NCBI GenBank assembly: GCA_033442325.1
Contig: JAWQFM010000003.1
Location: 1,332,473 to 1,396,472 of the forward strand
DNA: 64,000 nucleotides
Origin: Salpingoeca rosetta
Taxonomy: Eukaryota; Protista; Choanoflagellata
Direction of reading: 5' to 3'
Positions 1-14,903 of this stretch are shown here, piece after piece. Every line of letters begins with the position of its first letter. The first letter of the stretch is position 1. The notes below the pieces were generated by a model, which was not told where the DNA came from, did not search any database, and saw only the letters and a list, made by a program, of their open reading frames with translations. Position numbers and translations under genes: made by a program.

Positions 1-110
1 GTCACCGCACTTCAAAGAGCGTTGCATTGCTGCGTTTGTACCGTTGTACTGAGCACTCGCGTTCCCTAATCCCACCTCCCGCCGACCCCTCCCTGTGCAC
101 CACCGCCCAG

Positions 111-800
111 GTCCCTGTGACGAGCGCGTGGATGGCAACGGTGGCCAACGAGGAGGGCTTTGTGCTCCACCATGCACGCAAGGGCATCATCAAGATGCTG
201 CGTTGGCTAGACGAGTCGCGGCCGTGTCAGGTGCCACCGTACAACACGCACCAGGTTGCTGTGGCTGGCCTCATCATCAACGAACGCAAGGAGGTGCTGG
301 CGATTAAGGAGAAGATCCAGCGCGTGGCCGGCTACAAGCTGCCTGGCGGCCGCGCAGACCCCGGCGAGAACTTTGGCGAGGCTGCGGTGCGCGAGGTGTT
401 TGAGGAGACGGGCATTCGCAGCCGTTTCCACTCTGTTGTCGGCATTCGCCACATGCACGGGTTCCGGCACGGCGCGTCCGACATCTACGTCATCTGCCGG
501 TGCATCCCGGAGAGCGAGGAGATCACCATGTGCGAGGATGAGCTGTCCGAGGCGCGCTGGATGCCGCTGGAGGACTACATCGACGACACCATGCCGCTCA
601 ACCAGATCTTCATGCACAACATCAAGCGCAGCGTGGACGCTGCCCGCGGCCGCCACAATGAAGTGCTCCTGGACGTGGACCTGCCGGAGATTGTCATGCC
701 ATCCCCGTACCGCGCCAACCAGCTCATGCATTTCTACCACGCAGGCGGGCCCCGCCCGCCGCCTTCTTCCACTGACGACGACGGCAGAGGGGATGACTGA
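111..800 (+). CDS. NUDT6: Nudix hydrolase, NUDT6-like (last exon; 5' part lies upstream of the window)
   Basis: Nudix box GGRADPGENFGEAAVREVFEETG. Pre-Nudix segment GFVLHHA…LRWL…PPYNTHQVAVAG resembles NUDT6 (GFCFHHA…LPGYASHQVGVAG). Acceptor cag| at 110, TGA at 798-800. Confidence 0.85.
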   Translation, partial: VPVTSAWMATVANEEGFVLHHARKGIIKMLRWLDESRPCQVPPYNTHQVAVAGLIINERKEVLAIKEKIQRVAGYKLPGGRADPGENFGEAAVREVFEETGIRSRFHSVVGIRHMHGFRHGASDIYVICRCIPESEEITMCEDELSEARWMPLEDYIDDTMPLNQIFMHNIKRSVDAARGRHNEVLLDVDLPEIVMPSPYRANQLMHFYHAGGPRPPPSSTDDDGRGDD

Positions 801-1150
801 AACAGTGGCATCACCGCCACGGAACGTGCGCGTGGTGTGTGTGTAGTGATATGTGCGCGCGTGTTGTGTGTGTGTGTGTGGTGATATATATGTGTGTGTG
901 TGTGTGGATGAGATGAGGGAGAAGAAGAGGGAGCAGAGGTGTATACGTGTGTGTGTGCTCTGTGTGTGTGTGTGTGTGTGTGTGCGTGTGTGTGTGAAGT
1001 GCAAGACATGACATGCAGCAGAGGTGCATGCTCGTGTTTGTGTTTGTGTTGCTTTTTGTGGTCCTGTGCCGAATTGTTACCACACTGCCATACAATTTTC
1101 CCCAAACAACGGCACTGGCTGGCTGGATGGAGGAAAGACAAACAACAGTG

Positions 1151-3785
<2,635 letters not shown>

Positions 3786-3877
3786 TGCGCCTTGCATCTG
3801 TTTCCGCGTGCCTTCGGTCGTTGAAACACCGCGCTTCCCGTATCAGCTTTCCTGCACACACACACACACACGCACAC

Positions 3878-3919
<42 letters not shown>

Positions 3920-4278
3920 ACACACACACAGGTTTTCTCTCTGTCTCTCTCTCTCTCTGTTGTCGCGCTGCCTGCTATCCCTCCCCAATTCGTCTTGCTT
4001 GGCATCAGCCTTTTCGGTGGTTCGAGTCCATTACATTCATTGCACTCATGCAACATGCGTGCGCACACGCGCAAACACCCAATATGAGAAGAGGTGAAAG
4101 AAGTCCAGAAGAACACAAAAGACGCAGCAGCCGGCCAGCGGCAAAGCGAGGGGTGGAAAGATGAACGGAATGCAAAGGGTCGGTTGTGTCACATACAATG
4201 CAACAGGGAGAGGAGGATGCACACACACACACACACACATACACACACACACACATACACACATACACATACACAGAG

Positions 4279-5663
4279 CTATGCATCTGTGGCTCCTGTC
4301 GGTGTGGTTGAATTGATGCTCTTGGGGCGTAGGCTCCGAATGGCGGTGGCAATGGACGCCAGGCTCATTGCGTCAGAATCCTGTGTGAATTCCGCCTCCA
4401 TCACCCTCATCTCCAGCCTAGCCACTTCCTCCGCTTGCTTGCGTGCCGTTTCCGTCAGCGTCTGCTCCAATTCCAACACCTCTCGCTCCAATGCGGCAAT
4501 TTCCTCCTGCGGATCAGCATCGTCAACACCATCGCCACCATCATCATCATCGCTGCCACTGCTGCCATGCTGCCCCTTGTGCCGTTGTTGTGTCTGTGGG
4601 GCCTCCAACAGCGTGCTCGCCTCGCGGCCCGACCCGCTCGTGATGGCTCGACGAGTCGTCCCTGTGCTCGCGTTTGCACGCGAGGTGCTGTCTGCTCTGC
4701 TGCTGTCGCTTCGCGTGTCGTCCACGCCTTCGTCCTCCTCGTCTGTGATGTCGCCGGCAATCAGGCGCTGCAGGCGTTTGTTGTCTTCTTCGAGCAGCGT
4801 GAACAGCGGGCTTGGCTGCTGCTGGCCGCTCACGGCATCCTACGTTCATGTGGTGCGTGGTGGTGGGTTGGGCGATCGCAAGCGCTGTGTACAGGGAGGA
4901 AGCCTGCAGCAGGCTGCATGCATACATCGACAGACACACAGACAAACAAACAGACAACAGAAAGACAGACAAACAGACAGACACATAAACACACGTGAAC
5001 ACACATGCATACATAAACGCACGCACACACACACACACACACTTATACGTACACACATACGCACGGGCTGTGTTTGGAGGAGCTGCAGGAGGTTTTCGAG
5101 GGCAACGATGGCGCGTTCCTGTCGTTTCACCGCGGGCTTGTACGTTCTGTTCTCGGCAATCTTGCTCATGAGGGAGGCCTGAAAGGCCTGCTGGGCTTGA
5201 TTGGCTTGCTGCAGCTCCAGCAGCTGCCGGCTGATGTCATTGCTGACAATGAGCTCGTTGTTGCGACGGCGAATGCGCTCCTTCATCTCCTCGATGCGGC
5301 TCGACTCCAGCTTGCTTCGCTGCAGCAAGCGCAGCAGCGCCTGGAACAACTCTTGCTTGCCCAAGTCATACAACTGCTCAAACGCAGAATTGTACGTTTG
5401 ATTGAGTGAGCAATGGTGTGCAAGCGAGGGGGGGAGGTGTATGTGTGTGGGTGAGAGTGTGTGTGGGTGAGGAAGCGTCGAAAAGGGGTCTGCACCCGGT
5501 CACACACGACTGCACACACATACAGCCTCACACACACACACACACACATACAGCCTCACACACACACACACACACACATACAGCCTCTCTCTCACACACA
5601 TACAGCCTCACACACACACATACAGCCTCACACACACACACACACACCCTCACACACACACAC

Positions 5664-5703
<40 letters not shown>

Positions 5704-5840
5704 TGGCCGTTTCGATGATGATGTCTTCAGGAAACCCGCTGATGAGCTTCTGCGTGTGCTGGATCTCTTCTTGCACGATGTCGTTCTTACGCTTCACATC
5801 TTGCGTCTCCGCCACAATGCGCTGCAACGCGTCCTCATAC
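4279..5840 (-). CDS. CCDC33: CCDC33-like coiled-coil protein, C-terminal exons (~5840-5702, 5373-5065, 4839-4279); 5' part lost in the gap
   Basis: YEDALQRIVAETQDVKRK, NNELIVSNDISRQLLELQQA…YKPAVKRQERAIVALENLL, LFTLLEEDNKRL and LEQTLTETARKQAEEVARL match recalled CCDC33 C-terminal motifs in the same order (YRRAMQKMAED…, NELIRKNDREKELL…TVRHQEKVIEKME, LYSMLLAENAKL, LESQLEDSARRWGREK). Confidence 0.7.
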
Positions 5841-5847
5841 CTTCAAA

Positions 5848-5933
<86 letters not shown>

Positions 5934-6336
5934 NNNNNNNNNNNNNNNNNNNNNNNNNNNNNNNNNNNNNNNNNNNNNNNNNNNNNNNNNNNNNNNNNNN
6001 NNNNNNNNNNNNNNNNNNNNNNNNNNNNNNNNNNNNNNNNNNNNNNNNNNNNNNNNNNNNNNNNNNNNNNNNNNNNNNNNNNNNNNNNNNNNNNNNNNNN
6101 NNNNNNNNNNNNNNNNNNNNNNNNNNNNNNNNNNNNNNNNNNNNNNNNNNNNNNNNNNNNNNNNNNNNNNNNNNNNNNNNNNNNNNNNNNNNNNNNNNNN
6201 NNNNNNNNNNNNNNNNNNNNNNNNNNNNNNNNNNNNNNNNNNNNNNNNNNNNNNNNNNNNNNNNNNNNNNNNNNNNNNNNNNNNNNNNNNNNNNNNNNNN
6301 NNNNNNNNNNNNNNNNNNNNNNNNNNNNNNNNNNNN
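5934..6336. other. Assembly gap (403 N) following a (CA)n tract
   Basis: Run of N. Confidence 1.
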
Positions 6337-6355
6337 TCGTCACTCATGGCTTCCC

Positions 6356-6575
6356 ATGTCTTCTTACGGCGTGCGCTCGCAGGTCGATGACCTTGTCATG
6401 GAGAAGCGGAAGGAGTGGGAAACCCGGTTCAAGCGTAAGTCGTTCCCTGTTCTATGTTGGTGGTACTCTTGCAGTTTGGTGGCAGTTGCACGCAATGGCA
6501 GCCACTGCCAAGCCTGCACACACACATGTGTGTGCGTGCTTGTGGACACCTGAACATCCTGAACGGCCCATTATG

Positions 6576-6637
<62 letters not shown>

Positions 6638-6855
6638 CATTCACCTACCAGGATTGCAAGCGGAGGTTGATCTGAAACAGGAAGAGATTGCTCGCTTGAA
6701 GGACGGCCAGTGCAGCCTGGTATGTTGTGTTCATTCCCCGCTGAAGGATCTCAATTACTGTGCTGCTTCCCATGCATATTGTTGCGCACAACGTCGAGCC
6801 ATCACACACATACAAAAATATACGCAACTTGTCCCACCGTTCAACCGCACCCTCC

Positions 6856-6930
<75 letters not shown>

Positions 6931-7956
6931 GTGCGCGCGTTCATAGAAACGGGAGAATAGCAAGCTGAGTAAGCAGCTGGAGGCGCTTGGACAGACATCG
7001 CACGACCTCACGTCTCGATATGACAGCATCCTCTCCACGAACCAGGCCCTCTTGCAGCAAAAGGAGCGAGAGCTCAAGGTGTGGTGCAAGCCACTGTCAT
7101 GACTACCTTTGTTTGTCCTGCACCCCATGCGTCGTTCTCAGCACCTCGCCACTTGAATTTGAAACACACTGGCGACATGCTGTCCAAAGTGGGAGACTTG
7201 TCTGCAATGGCGGCACTCCACACTCGCACGCATTTTCACCAACACTCACTCGTGCTTCTCCGTGGCCTGCATGACCCTTACTCCCACCCAAACCAACCAA
7301 CCAACCCAACAACCGCTCAACGAACTATTCACTCCATCCACCGCGCATGCCACAACACAACACACCACATCATACCACACCACAACCACACCATACCATA
7401 CAACGTCCCCACGCGTTCCCATTCTGCGCAGGCGCTGGAGGGCACGTACCGGGACGAGAAGGCCCAGCTTGAGCAGCAACTTCGACTGGTGGAGAGCGAG
7501 TTACACCAGCTGCAGGAGCAGTGGCAGCGCAAGATCACGCGGGCAGAGGACGACCTGTCCACCTGTCGTGTGGAGCGGGACGCGTGTCAGATGCGCTATG
7601 ACGAGAGCCAGAAGCACATGTCCAAGCTGCGGCGGGAGCGAGACGAGTTGCGACGGCGGCTGCTCGAAGACGAACGGCAGCGCAATTCGGAGCACGTGGC
7701 GTTGAGTGACCGCCTGGAGAGCGCAAAGGCAGAGGCCGCCTCCCTGCGCACACAGGTCAGTTGGGGCAGGGATGTAGGGGTGGTGGTGGTGTGGTCCAAG
7801 TGGTTGTTTGATATGTCGTTTGATTTGATGTGGTGGGAGAAGAACGAAGCCAACGCTTGGATGAATTGCTCAAGTCACCTTGTGCTGCAATCCTCCCGTT
7901 ATACATCATGACAACCTTGGACTTGGACTCTATTGTGCGCCATCGCCGCAACTTCA

Positions 7957-8028
<72 letters not shown>

Positions 8029-9487
8029 TTGCCTGCAGCTGCACGAGGCGCAGGCTGAGCTGACGCGACTGGAGCACCGGCGAGAGGAAGACCTGCGGGC
8101 GCGACGGGAGGAGGTGGCGGCGTTGAAGAGCGACAACGACGCGCACAAGCAGGCCCTCACCGCCCGCGATCAAAGCATTGCACAGCTTGAGAAGGTGATT
8201 TTGTTTTGCACGTGTCATGAGAGCGTCTTGCGTGTGTGTGTGTGTGTGAGATTGTCTGCGTGCATCGCGCGCGCACGTGTGTGTGCATCCTTGAGCGCTC
8301 TATGTATGTATGTGTGTGTGTGTTGATTGCTTACCCCTCACGCGTTGATATGTGTACACCTGTTGATGAGCAGTCACTGCAGCGGGCGATTGAGCAGCAG
8401 CAGACGGCGAACAAGATGGCGAGCGAGGCCAGCCACCGCGCAGAGGAGGCAGCATCCCGCATGCAGCGCTACCACAAAGAGGTGGGGGAACTGATGCCGT
8501 GATTGGGTGGTGTTGCGTGCTCGAATAGTGCTGTGCATTGGTGTTGCATGGTGTGCGTTGACTGCTGTCTCTTTTTTTTTTTCTGCTTGCACGTGCGGCT
8601 ATCCCTTTTCTACATCCCGTGTGCCCCACCTCACCCACCCACACACACCCACACAACACACACACCCACACACACACACTCACGCACGCACGCACGCACA
8701 CACACGTAAACAAACACAATCGCGCACGTGTTGCAGTTGTCGTCCCTCAAGCAGAAAGTTCGGGAGCAGAATGCTGTCATTGAAGAGCTGCAGACGCGCC
8801 TCTCCAACGAATCCGCGTCGTCGCTCGAGACATCCGGCCAGGTAAGCAGCAACAACTGGCGTCCACTAGCACGTGCGCCGTGGCGGCCCTGTGTTAGGTT
8901 GGGTGTGCCTGTGTGTTGTGTGTGTGTGTGTGTGACTTGAGTGTGGGGTCGCCTCGTGATCAAGAAGTGCCCTTTTCCAGCATGCGGATCACTGGGTACG
9001 CTTCTGTTCACGTGAATGGGTAACACTTGCTGACCCCAAACGCGTATGCACACTCGTAACAGATGCAAGCGATGGAAACGGAGTTTCGGTCCGGCTTGAC
9101 AGCCCTCGAAAAGGTCCAGATACCGTGTGCGTGTATTGCCATGCATCTACTCGTTCCCTCCCCCCACGATTATGTCCTCACACACACACACACACACGCA
9201 CGAACGCACGCACGCACGCACTCTCGCTCACACTCACACTCACTCACAACGCTTCGATGGCTTGAAGACGTGCGACCGGCTGCGAGCGGAGGTGAAGCGG
9301 AAGGAGGAGCGAATCCATGACTTGGACGACGAGCTGTCGTCTGCACTCGCGCGTGCAGCCCAGGCCGAGCGCCACACCGCCCAACTCCGACGCGACTTCG
9401 ACCTCCTTGCACAGAGCCAAGAGACGTCTGAGGCAGAGCGACTGAAGCGGGTGGGCTGATGTTGTGCTGGCGTTTCCGTGTGTACAC

Positions 9488-9572
<85 letters not shown>

Positions 9573-9577
9573 CGTCG

Positions 9578-9611
<34 letters not shown>

Positions 9612-10533
9612 CGTCGTCGTTGTTGTTCTTGTTCTTTGCTGTTTGCTGTTGTTTGTGAAAGGTGTCTCTGTGAGCCTGTGCCAATCAGTACCTGCTTGCA
9701 ATTCTCAACCACGCTCATCATCGCCGTCGTCACTCGCACACACGTGCATGCACGCCCTTGAATTGTCCTGTGGTGGATGGACAGGCGCAGGCCCTGAATG
9801 AGGTGAAGAGCCGTTATGAAGCAGACATGCGCAAGCTGATTGCCGAGGCGGCGACGCTCAATGCACAACACAAGGTCTTCCGCCAGCGCCACGACCAGGT
9901 GCGTGCTTGTGTGCGTATGTGTGTGTGTATATGTGCGTATGTGTGCGCGTGCGTGTGTATGTTTGTGCGCTTGGACTGGCACTCGTCGAGGCTGCCGCTC
10001 ATGCTGGTGAAGGCGTTTGCGCCCAACGAGTTCGTTTTTGTTTTGTTTCGGCTTCACACCCACTCAAGAAAACAATGTTTGCGCTGCATGTGTCTGCTTT
10101 TTTTGTCTGTTGTGTGCTGCCTGTTGTGTGTTGTGCGCGTGTGCGCGTGTGCAGTTGCAAGAAGAGCATGCTGAACTGAAGAAGAAGATGGCCGAATCCG
10201 ACACGGTGGCGCAGAAAGCGCTCAACAACCAAGTGGAGGCCCAGTCGCAAGTCCGCTCCCTTGAAGACGTACGCGCGCATTCGTGATGATGAACGGTGGC
10301 AGACGTACAGACAGACAGACACAAATACTCCCCCGTGCACTTTGTTACTGCGAACCTACAATTGCCCATTTCTGCCTCACAATCACAACTCACGTGCACG
10401 CGCGCTCACGCTTCCTCACACACACACACACACACGCACGCACACACACGCACACACACACTAACCACACACACGCACGCGCGCAAACATACACACACAC
10501 ACACACACGCACACACACACACGCACACACTAA

Positions 10534-10570
<37 letters not shown>

Positions 10571-12395
10571 TGCACGCCTGGCAGGTGCTGTCCACGCGGG
10601 AGCGGGAGCTGCGGCTGCTGCACGAGGATTTGAGTGCAAAGACGAAGCAGAACGAGTCGTACAAACGCAAGCTGCACGACGCGTTGCAGACGGTGGCAGA
10701 CACCCGTCAGGCTGCCGAGCGCATGGAGACAAAACTCAAGGCATACGCACAGAAGCAGGTGCGTGTGTATGTGTGTGTGTGTGCGAATGAGATGTAGTGC
10801 CCATTAAGTGTCAAAGCTCGTGGCATGTCACAGCGGCAGATCAGCCACGTGCATTATCAATGTTTCTGCGCTCACTAACACCACAACCGCGCCATCACCG
10901 TCATCACCATCGCCGCCATCGCCACCATCGCCACAGGCGAGCGCGGCCGCTGATCTGCAGAGCCAGCAGCAAACGGGCGCAACATTGCAACGGGAGCTGC
11001 GACAGCTGCAGGCGACGTGCCAGGAAGCAAAGGCACAGGCGGTGTCGGCGCAGGCTGAAAAGCACTCCATGCTTGACGAAATCAACCGCCTGCTTGAGCT
11101 GAACACGCGCATACAGCAGCAGCTGGCAGCCAAGGACAAAGATATTGCCACGTATGAAACACAGATTCACGGCCTCTCCTCCGAGCTCTCAACGCTGCAG
11201 GTAAACAAAACTCAACACCATCACGCACGACAGGGAGGCAGTGTCATTGTCTGGGATTCAACGTGCATGAGATTTGTTTTTTGGTTACTTTGCTTGCATC
11301 AACTCACCGCAAGCACGGATCTTCTTGATTGTTCCTGCGTGCATGCATGTGGGTGGCTGTGTCGTGTTTTGGTTTGTGTTGTATTGTGTGCGTGTGCGCA
11401 TGTGTCACCAGGCGTCCAACACGCTGCTGCAACAGCAGCTGAGAACAATGACAACGCCGGAGAAAGGCATGCACGATGACGTGCAGGCAGCAGTGGCCTC
11501 ACGCATCCGCCAACAACAACAACAACAACAACAACACGTGTCTTCTATGCGACAGCAGACAAAGCCCGCCACACAGCGCCGTGGCGAGGATGGCGACGAC
11601 GAGGAGCGCGCATCGCCATCGAGCTCGCACGACGTCGGACATGGCGAGCAGTGGATTGGGCAGCAGCTGAGCGATTCCTTGCGTCACTTGAACGAAGAGA
11701 GTGACTCGACAGACTCGTTGCTGCAGGAGCTGAATCTACACTCGCGGGCGCGTGCTGTGGCCGCCACCGAACGCACCACATCGCACGCTGAGAAGAGTGG
11801 TGACGGTGGTAGTAGCGGTGGTGGCGCTGACACTGCAGAGCAGCGTCACGATAGCCGTCATCACCGCCACTCGCACCACACCCACATTTCGCATCGCACG
11901 CAAGCACGCGAGGCCGGCGGCAGCACGAACGAACACGACCTCTCGTTTGCCAAAACCGCGGCCACAGCATCCACGACACAAACGGGCGCAACGGGCGGTG
12001 GCGGTGAAGGTGCTGACGTGTTGTCAACGTCACAGCGAACGCACACAACGCTGAAGGCAACACGCGGGTCCATGCCGGACGTTGGGTCAGTGGCAAGCCT
12101 CGGATCAGCAGCTGCAGCTGCAGCTGACGCTAGTCGTGGTGGTGCTGTCGCCCACCGCCAACCACAACAGCAGCAGCAACAACAACAACAACAGCAACAA
12201 CAACAACAACAACAAGAGAGGGCAGTGGCGGCGGGGGAGGCGGACACTGGCATTGACATGCGGGCTGGGCTGAGCGTGTTGTTGCAACATGACGTGCAAT
12301 CCAACTCCACCTCCACGTCCATGATGGAGGAGGACATTGATGCCCGCCTGGCCACCCTGCTCCGTGTGGAAAATTCAAGGTCAGACAACCTCGCT

Positions 12396-12474
<79 letters not shown>

Positions 12475-12965
12475 ATGAACAAGACTGCTGGGCTTTGTGT
12501 TCTGTCTTGCGGTCTCACACCCATTTCTGGCCATTTCCTCCAACTCCTCATAGGTTGCGGCGGAACATTGAAGCATTCCACAAGCAGATGCAATGGGTCA
12601 GTGGTTCGCGCGCAATCGTGCTTGTCGTTGCTGTTTGTTGTGCGTTGTTCGTACCGTACGTGACACGACCATCTGTGCATGTGTTCCCTTCAAAGCTCAC
12701 GACCAGCGGGGGTTTCTTGGTGCGCCCGATTGCAACACAGTCGTGGCCATTGTCATCTGTGCAGCCGTCGACAGGAACTCAACAACTACAACAACAGCAA
12801 CAGCAGCCACCATCGTCCTTGCACCACCTGCTGCAAACCACGGCGCCGCTCATGCCACTGCAGCACTCACCGATCGAGGTTTGTGCGCACACACCGTTGT
12901 GGCCTTATGTCGTCGATGTGCGTTCAACGGAATGTTACCCCTCCCCCTCCCCCCCCCCACACACA

Positions 12966-13049
<84 letters not shown>

Positions 13050-14186
13050 AATCCGTCAGCTGTTTACGAAATGGTTTGATTGCGACCGAAAAATGGCAGG
13101 ACTCTGACTCGTCGCGCGGGCTGGCGAAGACGCTGATGGGGGAGGAGACGGACGAAAGCACGTCGCTGCTCGGTGCGGCCAGCACACAGGCACAAACATC
13201 ACCACCGCCAGCAGCAACGACAAGAACAGCAGCACAGGCAGTTGCTGGTGGTGTGCACACGTTGAGGTCGGCCACGGATACGTCGGCGAGCGCAGCCGAG
13301 GTGGCACAGCTTGCAGTGGCCTGGTCACAGCTCCAAGCGCAACAACAGCAGCTGCAGCAAGCACAGCAACAGCTGCAAAGCACAAGCCAATCGCATGCGC
13401 AGGCCGAGTATGATCGCTTGCTGAACCGGACACATTTGTCACACCTTGCTGTGGAGGGCGAGGAAGCCACAGCATCAGCGGGTTGTGGAAGCAGGCGCGA
13501 CAACAAGGAACAAACCGCAACAAGCGGTGAGGAGCTGAAAAGCGCCCGTGCAGCGCAGCCAACGGTGACAGCAACAACGACGACGACAGGAGAGGAAAAG
13601 GCGAGGACTGATGATGATGAAGATGACGATGAGGGCGGGGAAATGTATCGCTACAACACAACACCACTGTCATTGTCCGTCAACACGAGCATGGGTTCGC
13701 TGATGCACGACAGTCGGCGGGGCGAGTCTGCGCCTCCAATCGGCACGCGCGCTGAAGCCACCCAACTCTCGCATGACCCCATCACACCGCAGCGCCACCC
13801 AAGCACCCAGCAGCAAAACTCACAGCACACATATCAACAGCCACAACAACTTCAACAACAACAGCAACAGCAACGGCAGTATCCGTTGAGTTCGTTTGCT
13901 GCAGCGGGCGCAGCGGCGAGAACACAGCAGCGGACGTTCTTTGGCGTGGGCATTTCTGCCATCAATCAACGCGCACCACAGCCATACGGTCGCCAGTGGT
14001 GGCGGTGGCGGCGGCGGTGGTGGCACGAGCACAAGCGAAACAGATGGCAAGTTCCTTCGTGAGGAGACAGAAGAGGCGGTTGCGTTCCAGCAGCGGCTTG
14101 CGCGGCATCTCAACGCGCTCCAGGGCCGTCTGTCACCAATGGATTCTGACATGGCCACGTCCACACCAAGCCGTCCATCTTCGTGA
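6356..14186 (+). CDS. CEP63: CEP63/DEUP1-like long coiled-coil centriolar protein, ~19 exons; true start may be in the gap
   Basis: Spliced N-terminus QVDDLVMEKRKEWETRFKRLQAEVDLKQEEIARLK…LSKQLEALGQTSHDLTSRY aligns without gaps to recalled CEP63 [35 protein letters not shown]…LHQQVEEHEKIKQEMTMEY. C-terminal FLREETEEAVAFQQRLARHLNAL matches [23 protein letters not shown]. Heptad-rich exons with GT-AG borders lie between. Confidence 0.7.
9488..9626 (+). repeat. (GTT)n intronic microsatellite
   Basis: Seen directly in the sequence. Confidence 0.95.
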
Positions 14187-14903
14187 TTGTTATCCTGGGG
14201 AGAGAAGGAGGAGGCAGTGTTGCCGAGGTAACGAACTTTGCCTGCTTGCTGGTTGCTCGCACGGCTTCTCCCCCCCCACACACACGTTCACCCACGGTCT
14301 TTCTCTGCCCTCAGCTTGGCTGCTCGTTCATGGCTCTGTTGTTGTACACTGCGCTTTCTTTCTTCTTTATTTCTCCTGCCATGTCATGTGCTGTTCCTTA
14401 TTTTTCGTTCGCGTGTTACATTACTTGATTGCCGTGCAGTCTCTCGTTGCGTTTTGATTTACTCCTGTCCTGCCCCTTGCTTTCACCGCAGCTTTGTCGT
14501 TGTGTGCACGCCCACGTTGTACATTTGGGTTGTGCTCGTCTCTTTGTTTCACTTGCTCGTTTGTATCAAATTGCCCTAAGTTAAAACATGATTGCATCCA
14601 TGGCATGTGCGACGCGTTGGATTCCAGTGAGACAGCTACTACGTATGTACAATGATTACGTTCACCACAGGAGCAAGAGAGTACTCTGGGTCTGGCTTTG
14701 GCACGCGCGAGGCAAGTCAGTCATACATCAAAATGGAGCAAAGGATCAAACCATTCACACATGTGCAAATGGCGCTCATGCACAGCAGGACTGGCTGCTG
14801 TTGTTTGTTGTTCTGAGGATGTACCCGCATCCTCCATCGACTCATGGTGGTTGTGTGTTTGCATGTGTGAAGCGGTGGGCCACTGCAGCTGCTGCTTGTG
14901 ACA

